A program made the translations under genes and the position numbers. DNA of 64,000 nucleotides from Paraphysomonas bandaiensis (taxonomy: Eukaryota; Protista; Chrysophyceae). Within the stretch, counting starts at the first letter, position 1, and each line of letters starts with the position of its first letter. The notes below the pieces were generated by a model. The model searched no databases and was not told the DNA's origin. It worked only from the letters and a program-made list of their open reading frames with translations. Positions 50,260 to 63,414 of the stretch are shown one piece after another. The stretch lies in assembly GCA_965644295.1 (NCBI GenBank), contig CBFFRP010000066.1, positions 310,001 to 374,000 of the forward strand, in the 5' to 3' direction.

Positions 50260-52163
50260 AATGGACTAGTAGTAGTGTAGGTGTGTAATATAGAATGTTC
50301 GTTTGGCATGTTGTGTCTTGTTTAGCTGTATATTAGCACTGATGTCATCGACATGATATGTGCATTTGGTTAAAGCACTTTTAGCGCAGAACCTATTGTT
50401 GCGCTACTAGATGCATAACATTTTATTAATTTGCTTCTTCGTAGTCAGTCTTTTCTATGTTAAACTAGGTCATGTGGTCGATGTGGACGAGTCCAACTGA
50501 CATAAACGTATCATGGGTGTTACTACGCTGCCAAGTGATTAATAGTTTTGAATTTAGCTTAAAGTTCACTCATCATCAATACTTTGTACTGTCACTACTG
50601 TGTGATCATACTGTTGAGTATTGCAATGTTGAGCAATTAAATGCTTCATTTTGAGGTGTTCGAATTACAACCGTTTGTTGAAGAATGAAGTAATTGACAA
50701 CCATAGTACATGAAATAATGATATGATATGAATTGATTAACTGAAAATACTTTAACTGTATACGACCGTCTCTAAGATCTGATAAAATTGATTGGTAGTA
50801 GAGAGAATATAAATTTAGCAAACAACAATGAATGACGTTGTATCTAGCTTTACTAATTGTTTATTGAGTGAGTTTAATCTTGATATGACAGTGGATGGTA
50901 GAAAAGGTATTTCAGACCAAAGTTCGATCAGTTTGGTGCGATCAGCTGGACGAAAAAATCCAAGGTATGGCCCATGCGCAAGAATTGAAATAGTTTAAGT
51001 CTGGGTTAGCACCCGATGAGATCTGCTGACAATGCACTGACCGCGGTAAACTTGCGTCATTTCGATTTTGAAGAAGTACAACTGGTAGCAGAGGCTCTTT
51101 TTGAGAAAAGGATATGCTTCCTCATGATGACCCTAAAAAAGAATTTATCACTTAACAGCATATTGGCAGAGAGTCTGACTCATAATCCTGCTCTCCGCGT
51201 CATAGGTACCTATATTCCAGTATGCAGAGGATTTTGGAGACTGTTTGAAATCTCTACTTTCTGATGAAAAGTACCTTTCTTCGTTCGCACATATATTTTC
51301 AACTTGCAATTTCCAATTTTTGAGCGCGTTGATTACATTTTTTCCCGCTCACGTAACAGTCACTATCCTCCTCGCTCTTAGACTTGTCTTCCGTGAACAT
51401 AGAACGCTCTCTCACGGTTAGGCTCTCCCCTTTTGCCGACAAGATGTTGTCTTCAATTGCATCGATCTCTCTATGTTCTTGTTAGAAGATCTCCACAATC
51501 ATGGTGAAGGCCAATCCCGGAATTACTAAATCGTTGAGATTTCAATCCTGCGTTATATCATGCTTTATATCATGTCATTATGCAGGGCATAGTGTATATC
51601 TGCCTATATATATCGGTCATAATGTCATAGCGACAGAACGAGTTGTGCTGATCTTAAAATTCTGACAGAGATTAAGAAATATTTCATATTAGATATGGGA
51701 GAGTTAACGCTTCTTAAACGTTCGAAATACTAGTACGAAGAATCTATCCAACTAAATCAGACTACGCATGAATTGCAGCAGTAGCTTGTGGACTGCCAAG
51801 AAAATGTTTTTCTTCCTTCTCCGGTGTGTCCCGCTAGCATTGTGACAACACAGTATATTACGTGGTATTCACCAGGTGCTGAGAGAATTGTTAGTAGCAA
51901 GTGTAGTAGTTACGTTCGAAAGAACACCGTTAGTTTCTAGACTTGTTCTTGTTTATACATTCAAGTATTACGCCAATAACCAGTAGTTATAAGAGTAAGA
52001 TATCTCATAAGAATGGTGATGGCTTTTCAATATGTTCGTCATAATATAAAGAATACGTAAGGTACTGAACGATGACTTTGCCAGTAAATACAAAGGTCCG
52101 GCATAGTAAACCTATGAGGAGTAGACTTAATTACTCCATTCTCGCTGGGCATAGGCATACTCT

Positions 52164-53582
52164 TCACACAAATGTTGAACTCGAGAAATCACTGACGTGA
52201 TTGCAGCTTGACGGAGTTTCAAAGAAATATCTTTGGGACTGAATAGCAGGCCCTGACGACTGGGATCTTTTATTCAGAAACAATGACTTCCAGTCTGGCG
52301 ACACCTGGCGATAAATATCTGTGGTGTTGGCCCTCCGGAATCCTTGCACCTGAGTCATACCTTTACCTTTCCCTTGCGTCGAAGATTCAATGAAGCTGTT
52401 GCCACCCTTCTCCGAAGAAGGCTTATCTCCCGAAGGAGTGGACTTCGTTCGGGTAGAGATCTTGGACACGCGTCTTCTTTTCTTCGGCTCTGATTTCAAG
52501 AATCCATTCTTCGTTTGCTCTTTGAGGAATATACCCCATCCTGCTAACGAATTAGATGCCTTCTGTAGCATCGATTGGGATTGTAAAGACCGCGAGAAAT
52601 GAGAACTTTCTTCCATTGGTTCTTCGTCGACGATATCAACATTACGCAAATAAATGGGAATCATAGAGGCCAGGTGCTCTGCCTCGTGGGGACGGAGCAC
52701 ACCTCTCTTACTCAAACTATCCGCATTTGACTTCAACTTTACTATAAAGTCTTCCGGAGAGGAGACTAACCCGTTTAGAAGCATGCAGTTGTAGTTGCCG
52801 TTGCGGACTACCTCATCTAGCGAGCCTGGACAGTCAATAAGGATAAGTGCACATTCACACAGCCAGAAGGCATCTGATTCCGAGCGAGCATTCCTGCTGA
52901 ATTTGCCATTTGGATCTGACTTTGATCCTTTGCCTAACTGCACACGAAATGTATCGCAGGCTGTGCTATATATATGCTTGGGATGAGTACGTGGGGGATC
53001 TGCAACGTTCGTACTACACTCAGGTCTCTCCTCTGACATTCGTTCAGGTACTTGAGCTATCGGAGGCTCCCGACATATCACTACAGATATACAGTTTCCA
53101 TCCAAATCACACATACTTTTAATTAAATCAGTATCATCCGAACTGAATGGTATCAAACAGATTCCATTATCTCCTTTGTTGACTAATTTCAGAGGAACTG
53201 TTCTATTACTTTCTGGGTAATCATGACATTGCTCACTATTTAAGTATAATTTTGTGGATTGAAGAGGTTGAGTGGTGTGTCTCATATGGTTAGGAGGGTT
53301 ATTTGCCGTATCTCTGATATGATTGGATGATTCTGAGTCCTTTGGGGACAACCCGTGAAGACTTCTTTCATGAGAAGAAAACGTGTTTAAAGAGAAGAGA
53401 GAGTGTCCTGTAGGTGTCTCCGTATGAGGAGTATGAGAGGATGGGGGTGAATGGATATGATCGTGTTCAATGGACATATCAGTGATATACTGCAGAGCAG
53501 ACGATGTTCTCCTGTGGGAACCCATTGCAACCGATCTCATCTTATAGGGGGTACTTTCCATCCCTTCATATGGCATATGCAT
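52164..53582 (-). CDS. Hypothetical protein, S/H/P-rich termini with a central globular region
   Basis: 472-aa uninterrupted ORF with no confidently recognised domain. Confidence 0.7.
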   Translation of the reverse strand: MHMPYEGMESTPYKMRSVAMGSHRRTSSALQYITDMSIEHDHIHSPPSSHTPHTETPTGHSLFSLNTFSSHERSLHGLSPKDSESSNHIRDTANNPPNHMRHTTQPLQSTKLYLNSEQCHDYPESNRTVPLKLVNKGDNGICLIPFSSDDTDLIKSMCDLDGNCISVVICREPPIAQVPERMSEERPECSTNVADPPRTHPKHIYSTACDTFRVQLGKGSKSDPNGKFSRNARSESDAFWLCECALILIDCPGSLDEVVRNGNYNCMLLNGLVSSPEDFIVKLKSNADSLSKRGVLRPHEAEHLASMIPIYLRNVDIVDEEPMEESSHFSRSLQSQSMLQKASNSLAGWGIFLKEQTKNGFLKSEPKKRRRVSKISTRTKSTPSGDKPSSEKGGNSFIESSTQGKGKGMTQVQGFRRANTTDIYRQVSPDWKSLFLNKRSQSSGPAIQSQRYFFETPSSCNHVSDFSSSTFV

Positions 53583-54204
53583 GATAATTCATAGCACTCA
53601 ATGGACACTAAAGCTCAGATAGACGATGTGTATATATGGATAGAGAGAGAGGAACGAGATGATTGCACTCAACTGTTTGGGGAACAGACCGACATGAGAC
53701 ACCTTCAACATCAACTGATAATATTGGAATATATAGCACGGAAACCCCTGATATTATGACTAGATAGAAGGGAATAGTGGAAAATAGGGATATAAGAAAC
53801 TTCAAGACCAAAATCAAGGTACGAATCCATATGGGAAATGGGAATATATCAAACGAGTAGGTACAAAAACACATAAAAGGGGTGATTTTTTTGATATGTC
53901 CGCTGGAATTTGCCTATTTTTTTATTCGATTTTTTTAATTGTAATGGAATTTTGGGGGTTTGACGGAAAGAAATCATATAAAACACCCAAAATTTGAGTA
54001 AAACTCCATTTTTCGTCTTCTCAGCTGTGCATAAACGCATAAACAGTATCTTCATACAGCATACATATTACAGTTACGAGTAGCTGGAAGCAGATATGCA
54101 AGAGGACATGCATGTCATTGATCCATGTGTGATTGATGCATGCAATGTCGGTATAATTTGGCTCTATTTTGCATTAATCATTGCATTATATACCTATATA
54201 TACG

Positions 54205-55918
54205 ATGTATTACCTGTTTGTACTTGTTGTGCATGTAGTGTATGTCAGTCAGAGAAGTATATGCATAGCTGAATCTTTCACCTCTCATCTGCTCACTAAT
54301 GACGCAGATGGTGCACGCTCAGTGTTTGCCATAGACATGGGTGGAGATGGTGACAGCGTATACCATATCCACTACTGCCAATGGGGCATACTATGTGTAT
54401 GCCATAGACATGGATAAAGATGGAGATATCGATGTCCTGTCTGCATCAGAAACTGACGGGTGCGTTAAGTGGTATGAGAATAATGGATTGCAGAGTTTTA
54501 CATCACACACCATATTCAATACACTTAACAGTGCAAAAGCTGTGTATGCTATAGATATGGATGGTGATGGTGATATGGATGTACTATCTGCCTACAGTCT
54601 AACACAAGGCCGTCACTGGCATGAGAATGACGGATCAGAGAATTCTGACAGCCACCTAATAGCAAGTAGTGAAGTTGGTGCAGTGTTTGCGATTGACATG
54701 GATAATGATGGAGGCATTGATGCGTTTTCTGCATCATAGGATGAAAATAAGGTGGTTTGGTACGAAATATTCGGTGTATGCAACTGACATTGATGGTGAT
54801 GGAGATGTGGATGTGCTTTCTGCTTTGAAAGACTTGAATTCAGTTGTGTATATGAAAATAATGGCTTTCAATCATTCTCACCTCACACAATAAGTGCCAG
54901 TGCTTCCTCCGTGCGATCTGTGTATGCAGTTGATATTAATGGCGATCCCACAGTTGATGTTCTTTCTGCTTCATCTGATGATGAAGCACAGTGTGCGGTG
55001 GTACAATAACCCGCTTGTCCCTACTTCTACTCCCACCCTTATTCCGACTTCCACGCCCACCTTTGCTCCGACTTCTACGCCCACCCTTGCTCTAACTCAT
55101 GTCTCAACTACCTCTCTTTCTCCCACCATGTCTATACAAGAATGGGAAGGTGGTACAACTGATACTGTTGAAGGAGTCAAACATACATTTGCTGCAGTTG
55201 ACGCCACAAGCCCGAAATATCTCACTGTGGAGGTGTTACCTACGGATTTTGATTCTAATGAATTTACAAATATTACCATTAATGGAGTGGGCTATGGAAT
55301 CTGTGATCCCGCCGATCTCTGTGGAGATGCTTTCTATAAGTGCTTTCGACAGGTAGAAGTTAATCAACTGGTCGATACTAATGGCAACATTGAGGTTGAG
55401 GTAATTGGTACGAGCCATATTGGAACCATGTGTGAGTATGAAGGACGCAGTATGTATGTGCGCTACACCTTGTCAACTGAGAGAACCCCAAATTTGGCTC
55501 CAACAAACATGTTCGCTTCTATTTGTGATCTCGCTACAGATTGTTTTCTTGATACGGTAAACGACATTGAAAAATATTTTAAGTGCGACATGAGTGTGTA
55601 CGATGACTTTGGTGCGAATCACCTGTATTATGACGATGACGATAACTGTGGAGCTAACGAAGATCTTTTTAACTGTTTTATTAAGTTTGAAAGTCATACG
55701 CGCAATTGTAAACTGAGATGAAGGCTGCCTGGATCATAGGATTTGTTTTCATTCATTTCATTGGGATAGCGGGCTGTTGTGAGGTACGTGGATGCTTCTT
55801 GGCATACTTGCTCAGATACCGTGGTAAAAAAAACTCTCAAAGTCAAGGGTCAGCAGATTTTAAAGTTGATGTTTTTGATTCGCCGGAGACAAGGAATGTA
55901 TTACAAACACCTCATTGA
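54205..55918 (+). pseudogene. Disrupted FG-GAP/VCBS-repeat surface protein (signal peptide, DxDxDGDxD repeats, PT stalk, Cys domain, TM)
   Basis: Repeated AIDMDxDGDxDVLSA, PTSTPT, and a C-terminal TM (WIIGFVFIHFIG). It is split over at least 5 frames, with a TAG at 54737-54739. Confidence 0.75.
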
Positions 55919-56588
55919 TATCGATAATGTTCCCTGCAGAATCGTACTACTCAGTATGTGACGTTGAATGGCTTGAGTTGTAACTTCTTGAATTGGTTTT
56001 GTTATGATGATACTAGTGTCCGATTACTTGCCAGTGTATCACTTACTATTTCAAGTTTGAGTATATATATTTTTTAATCCTCATGTAGTATTATCATGCT
56101 ATGTAATGGGGGTAGAAAGAAAAGAACACTAAAATACTACAAAAAAAACACAAGTATAGTTCTTTTTAAGTCGTGGATATAATTATGTTACCATCGCAAT
56201 CACTGTCTGTCACGTCACAGTTTTTCTTACAACATAGATTTGGACAGCAGTAGAAACACACAGCTCATTCAACAACACTATACGAATTGCATATATGCTA
56301 AGTAATTTCTAAGCTGAAGCTACAGAACAAGGAAAACCATATTGAATAGAAATACACTGTAAAAACTACTGATTTCTGGGTCGGCCAAAATTCCATCAAT
56401 ATTGTTAGGTAGCTCACAGTGTATTATATTGTAATCAATATTTATTACTATAGTATATAGTTACTACTACATACGAAAAGCAACACCACTCGCTACAGAA
56501 CCATCTGGTTGCTGAGTATATTGTATGAAATGGCAGTGCATCCATCTCCTGCACTGTGAGGCAATAACGATCACCCAAAATGGAATGC

Positions 56589-58505
56589 TTATGTAGTAAA
56601 ATTTAGTTCTGAATTCGAAGCCATATAGCCTGTAAAGCTATCAACATCAGATTGTTGTGCCCATGAAGCCACAGCCATACCAAACCAATCATTTTGATCA
56701 GAGGTTGCAGGTATGAGCTCTCTGTCATCCTGGACAGAGACAGGGTATCGCGGGTCATTGCGCAAAGTATCGACACACCGTATGTGGAATCCAAAAGGAA
56801 CCGAATCTTCAAGGTCGATTACTCTTATTTCCACTTCACTCTTTGTGTCAATTGCTGGATCAATTCTCCATAAAATGTTAGCTGGCCTCAGGTCCATGTG
56901 AGAAATTTTAGCTTCATTCAATACTTCTACAGCCTTATGCACATTATATACGTATGATTGTACCACATCAGACGGTGGTTTCTTATTGGACCATTCTGAA
57001 CTCAACTCTTCATATACTACAACGGGACAACCATTTCGGACAAGATCATTGTGGTGGGGAAAGTGGTTATGAATAGAGGTATCCATGATATCACGTATGC
57101 GGTAATCATAAGACTCTGACTGAGGAGAGGGGTACGCTATAACGCCAAGTGGGAACAAAATATAACGATCGGAATTCTCAACAATATGCAAACGATGATA
57201 AGCAAGCATCAATGATTCCAAATTGGTCCTCAAACTGGACCCAAGATCTAATGTGCAATTTCTTGTTGTATCAAACTCTCGCAGTGGCTTGAAGAATAAG
57301 CGCGGTGCTATATAGAGCCCAGGCTGCTTGCTTTGCCGACTAGAGTCCCTGCCAACAAGGCGCTTTTTCAAGTTATCTATAGTTTCCAAAGCAAATTTTG
57401 CGAGCACGATTCCCCAGCGCGCTAGACAACATCTTCCTTCGAGGGTGAGATATGTTAAAGGAGGCGATAGCTGCACGATCACAGGATAGCAGTCGGGAAG
57501 AAGATACACAGAATAAATACAAAAGCAATCACCGTAGCTTAGGATCACTGGGGTCACAGCTAATTCCGTGTCTAACCCACAGCGCCACATATTCACTGAA
57601 GAGTCTCCACCAACCTCAAATCCTTGAACTAAAGCCGCATAATGAGAATGTTCTACTCCTTTCGCCTCGGAGGCTATGATAACATGATCTCTCCACTGAA
57701 TTCGCTGCTCCGATTTGCTCTTTTGGTTAGCAAGCACAAGACGGAAAGGCAAGGAATCATTAATGACTGCAGTGTTTTCTGTTGTATTGTTACCGACCCT
57801 GCTATTTATCATTGACAAATAATTTGACAAATTGGGATTGCAAATATGCGTCTCAGAATCTCCAGAAGAGTATCTCCACGTGTGCAGTGACTTAAGATCC
57901 ATTTTCATGTAATACTCGAAGTTACGAACGTCATCAGTGTGATCTGATAACTCTTGATAGCACTTAACAAGTGTTCGTATGCGTCTATTAGGAATGTAAC
58001 TGCTAGGAGAACATGGGAGTGCAAACACATCATACAGGGACCTATGGCTCTTGGTCGCAATACGAGAAGCTGACATGTTCGGATTGACAAAGCATGGGGT
58101 TGTATAATCAAAAGTGGATTCGGATTCTACACATGCATATATCCATATAGTGAACGACTCTGTTAGAAATGCAGCAGAACACAAACTCAAAATTCAGTTA
58201 CCTGAAGTCGATCGAAGTTCACCCTTCAACTTCATCTCTTCATATATTGACTTTCTCACTGCTAATCTCTCTTCGAGTAAAAGCTCCTCCCTTCGGCGCA
58301 GCTGCTCCTCCTTTCGGCGCAATGACTCCTCCTTTTGGACCAAACGTTCAAGTTTACGGCTCCAAAATTGTTTGTCGTCGTCGGCTAGTGCTTTGGCTTC
58401 AGTATCTTCAATAGAAGACTCCACCCTTCGAATCTGTTCATTAACTTGGTTGATTTCAGTCTCAACACGGTCTATTGCTGCATTGATATCATCGATATCA
58501 CTCAT
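56589..58505 (-). CDS. Crinkler/CR-like effector copy 1: coiled-coil header + REase-like (ExK) + kinase-like domain, 624 aa
   Basis: Exons 58505-58202 and 58159-56589, joined across a 42-nt GTAAC...CTAACAG intron. Motifs IIASEAKG..LVQG (PD-(D/E)xK-like) and HMDLRPANILW..VIDLEDS (kinase). Confidence 0.75.
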
Positions 58506-59175
58506 CTTAAATACAGTGATAACTAAGTGATGTCGCTCCTTGTGGTTGCTGGCTGATAGTTATGCGGTATGGGAAGGAAGCGAAGGCGCTGAGGGGATTC
58601 AGAGCAGACCAGATTCAAAAGAAGTGAGCAGTGAGTGAGCGAAGTTTGTTCTGCGAGCCAGCGCCGATCATGACACTCCGTTTTTTTGAAAATGATCCAA
58701 AGTGTGTTACTGGAAACCCCAATTTTTATTGGATCAAGAGGAAATCGGAGTTTTTCTGGTTTGCTTACCCCAAAAATGCTTACCAGGTAGCAGAAAATGA
58801 TGCAAGATATACTGCTGTACATGAGCTTCATGGGACTGCTCTTTGCCTGCTCATCTATGCGATGAACCAGAGATACATGGACTAGGGCATGACAGATGAA
58901 CTGTTTTTCTATTGCTGACAGTGTACATGTACTGTAAGTATGTTACTGGAAACCCCAATTTTTGTTGGACCAAGAAGAAAAAATCACCAATAAAAAACAC
59001 ATTTTTCTCGCAACAAACATTAAGGACACAAATTATTAACTTTTTGGAAATATCCCCGTCATAAAAGTGGGGTTTTGATTGGAAAAGCGTTAATTTTATT
59101 TTGTTAGACAGTAACAATATACAGTGCAGTACAAGCAGAGGGTCGTAAGGCAGATGCAGATGCGATAGTGTTCCG

Positions 59176-59312
59176 TATGCATCTTATTTTTCGGGAATAA
59201 ATTGAAGCAAATATACTCAATATTACTGAAGTACAACTACGGCTGGAATACATATAATTATTGTCTCAATACTAGAGCCATCTTCGAACAAAAATACACA
59301 AAGGATGCCGAT
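59176..59312 (+). repeat. Dispersed repeat family R1 copy
   Basis: Matches 15850-15995. Confidence 0.85.
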
Positions 59313-60156
59313 ACGTCCTGGACAAGTGGACCCAGCTGCATTAAGAATGTCCACACTATCCGGAATACTCAACATTCTTATATACGACTTGGCGCAATCG
59401 AAACAGACTATAATGGCTTAGCACTGCATACAGGACAAGCACGTACACTGCTCAAGCACGTACACTGCTGAGGTTCTATTTGCTGCTGTTTCAATGGATC
59501 CAACACGCCCATGGAAACGATAGTGAGAGAGAAGATGATTAAGAGAATCATATGACGATGTCTGTTCAGTCATAGCAGAAGTACACATCCGCTTTGCGAT
59601 GGTGGCATGAGTGTGACTGTCTGGCCATTAAGTAAATCGGTTACCCTTGTGGCCACCGAAGGTTGATCTTTCATGTAAAACTTCTACTGCTTTTTAGAGG
59701 AATAAGTGAGTGCAACAAAAACATCATCTCTACATGTGGATGTGTCATTGATAGACTAATTTTTTGTTGACGTCAAGTGTGTACTGTACATGTATATGAT
59801 ATTCACATCTGTTGCCGGATAGCTCAACGAGAAATACAGAAAAATAGATTTAATTCATCTGATATTCCAAGGGCTATAAGTAAGTTCGAAACTGAAGCTA
59901 GGGAACAATATACAATATACTGAATTCCCATTAATATATTGTTACTGTTAAGGTAGCTCAAAATATATTGCAATCAATATATCATAGAGGTAATGAGTTT
60001 CATTATGACATTGATATGCATGCAAGTACATCTATATATATATATCTATATATGAAAATAGCAATCAACCACTCGCTATACAACTGTCTGGTAACTGGAT
60101 ATATTATTAAAATGGCAGTGCATCCATCTCTCACACTGTGAAGCTATAACGATCAC

Positions 60157-61124
60157 GCATGCGTTAAATTTAGCTTGAGTTAGTATCTTGTATCTTAAAA
60201 CTTAGAACATATTCATTAACCTTAAATTTCCTGTATTGTTGCAATAATTAAATCAAGCTCATACAATATGGCTGTATAATACAGGTCTCTCTTTTTGTCA
60301 CTCACTCTATCATTTAGTCCCTCATCAATAAATTTCAAGAAGGCGGGAAAACAACACCACACCTGTTTTCAGGTCTGAAGCGGAGGTATTACAATGCATG
60401 GATCAGAGTTGTAATAATGTTGTAATGTATTCCTCCGTGAGCTTCTGCCTTGACACCACCCAGTGGACTACCGAGAGTTAAATCGTTTATCACAACTACT
60501 ACGTCAACGCATTATTCTCAATAATGCCCTGACATAGGACAAATCATTCAGCAGTGGAAGGTGCAGGGCCAAAACAAAGCACGGACTCGACCTGAACATG
60601 ACCAAATGCTCATACTGTGGCTTTCAAACATATGTGTCTCGACCGTCCTCATAACTCTATATCTCAGATACGTGAAACTGGAATATATTGACTGTATAAG
60701 ATCGTGTCTATATATAAGATCATAAATTCGGCGAATGACAATGAATGAGAAGTGAGATTGATCATAAGTTATAATTAAGGCATTGTGTACAATATATTTT
60801 TAATCTTTTTATCACCTACAGTAATAAATTCAAATATATTGATATTGTCAAATATATGTCGGTAAAATATTTCGGTTACATTCATATCGCTCAACATAGA
60901 TATGTCGTTTGAGAAACGATTACCATTATAATTATTTACTAATAATCAACTGTGTGATTGCGTACAATGAGCTATCTAAGAATATGTCAGTTCCTCACAC
61001 AACCACCTTCCCCCACCTCTTTTTTTCTCCTACCAAGGTGACACGAGATGTTAGCAATATTCAAAGCTCCCACTACCACTAAAAATTCAAATATTCCTCG
61101 AATAACTTTACATACTTCAGCTGA
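60157..61124. mobile_element. 968-bp insertion with GATCAC duplication, downstream of effector copy 2
   Basis: Copy 1 reads aacGATCACccaaaa. Copy 2 reads aacGATCAC-[968 bp]-GATCACccaaaa. No TIRs seen. Confidence 0.6.
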
Positions 61125-61144
61125 GATCACCCAAAAAGGAATGC

Positions 61145-63061
61145 TTATGTAGTAAAAATTAGTTCTGAACTCGAAGCCATATAGTCTCCAAAGCTATTAA
61201 CATCAGATCGTTGTGCCCACGAAGCCACAGCCATACCAAACCAATCATTTTGATCAGAGGTTGCAGGTATGAGCTCTCTGTCATCCTGGACAGAGACAGG
61301 GTATCGCGGGTCATTGCGCAACTTATCGACACACCGTATGTGGAATCCAAAAGGAACCGAATCTTCAAGGTCGATTACTCTTATTTCCACTTCACTCTTT
61401 GTGTCAAATGCTGGATCAATTCTCCATAAAATGTTAGCTGGCCTCAGGTCCATGTGAGAAATTTTAGCTTCATTCAATACTTCTACAGCCTTATGCACAT
61501 TATATACGTATGATTGCACCACATCAGACGGTGGCTTCTTATTGGACCATTCTGAACTCAACTCTTCATATACTACAACGGGACAACCATTTCGGACAAG
61601 ATCATTGTGGTGGGGAAAGTGGTTATGAATAGAGGTATCCATGATATCACGTATACGGTAATCATAAGACTCTGACTGAGGAGAGGGGTACGCTATAACG
61701 CCAAGTGGGAACAAAAAATAACGATCGGAATTCTCAACAACATGCAAACGATGATAAGCAAGCATCAATGATTCCAAATTGGTCCTCAAACTGGACCCAA
61801 GATCTAATGTGCAATTTCTTGTTGTATCAAACTCTCGCAGTGGCTTGAAGAATAAGCGCGGTGCTATATAGAGCCCAGGCTGCTTGCTTTGCCGACTAGA
61901 GTCCCTGCCAACAAGGCGCTTTTTCAAGTTATCTATAGTTTCCAAAGCAAATTTTGCGAGCACGATTCCCCAGCGCGCTAGACAACATCTTCCTTCGAGG
62001 GTGAGATATGTTAAAGGAGGCGATAGCTGCACGATCACAGGATAGCAGTCGGGAAGAAGATACACAGAATAAATACAAAAACAATCACCGTAGCTTAGGA
62101 TCACTGGGGTCACAGCTAATTCCGTGTCTAACCCACAGCGCCACATATTCACTGAAGAGTCTCCACCAACTTCAAATCCTTGAACTAAAGCCGTATAATG
62201 AGAATGTTCTACTCCTTTCGCCTCGGAGGCTATGATAACATGGTCTCTCCACTGAATTCGCTGCTCCGATTTGCTCTTTTGGTTAGCAAGCACAAGACGG
62301 AAAGGCAAAGAATCATTAATGACTGCAGTGTTTTCTGTTGTATTGTTACCGACCCTGCTATTTATCATTGACAAATAATTTGACAAATTGGGATTGCAAA
62401 TATGCGTCTCAGAACCTCCAGAAGAATATCTCCACGTGTGCAGTGACTTAAGATCCATTTTCATGTAATACTCGAAGTTACGAACGTCATCAGTGTGATC
62501 TGATAACTCTTGATAGCACTTAACAAGTGTTCGTATGCGTCTATTAGGAATGTAACTGCTAGGAGAGCATGGGAGTGCAAACACATCATACAGGGACCTA
62601 TGGCTCTTGGTCGCAATACGAGAAGCTGACATGTTCGGATTGACAAAGCATGGGGTTGTATAATCAAAAGTGGATTCGGATTCTACACATGCATATATCC
62701 ATATAGTGAACGACTCTGTTAGAAATGCAGCAGAACACAAACTCAAAATTCAGTTACCTGAAGTCGATCGAAGTTCACCCTTCAACTTCATCTCTTCATC
62801 TATTGACTTTCTCACTGCTATTCTCTCTTCGCGCAGCTGCTCCTCCCTTCGGCGCAATGACATCTTCTCTTCGCGCAGCTGCTTCTTCTCTTCGTATAAA
62901 TATTCAAGTTTACGGCTCCAAAATTGTTTGTCGTCGTCGGCTAGTGCTTTGGCTTCAGTATCTTCAATAGAAGACTCCACCCTTCGAATCTGTTCATTAA
63001 CTTGGTTGATTTCAGTCTCAACACGGTCTATTGCTGCATTGATATCATCGATATCACTCAT
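61145..63061 (-). CDS. Crinkler/CR-like effector copy 2 (tandem paralog)
   Basis: Exons 63061-62758 and 62715-61145. Near-identical to copy 1 at offset 4556, with an identical 42-nt intron. Confidence 0.75.
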
Positions 63062-63414
63062 CTTAAATACAGTGATAACTAAGTGATGTCGCTCCTTGTG
63101 GTTGCTGGCTGATAGTTATGCGGTATGGGAAGGAAGCGAAGGCGCTGAGGGGATTCAGACCAGATTCAAAAGAAGTGAGCAGTGAGTGAGCGAAGTTTGT
63201 TCTGCGAGCCAGTGCCGATCATGACACTCCGTTTTTTTGAAAATGATCCAAAGTGTGTTACTGGAAACCCCAATTTTTATTGGATCAAGAGGAAAACATC
63301 ATCAATAAAAACCACATTTTTCTCACAACAAACAGTGATGAAAGCCATAATATGGACATCAATTACACGCACTTCCATACTATAGAGCAGAGTACGTCCT
63401 CATAGATATTACAT

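Noticed and set aside
50900-51520. Coding-like minus-strand remnant
   Set aside because: Multiple stops and no recognisable motif; cannot be assigned.
58191-58199. TGA readthrough or selenocysteine between the in-frame 103-aa and 533-aa ORFs
   Set aside because: The stop lies in a canonical GT...CTAAC.AG intron, so splicing explains it more simply.
59814-59893. GCCGGATAGCTCA ... GTTCGAAAC tRNA-like boxes
   Set aside because: Spacing and stems do not form a cloverleaf.
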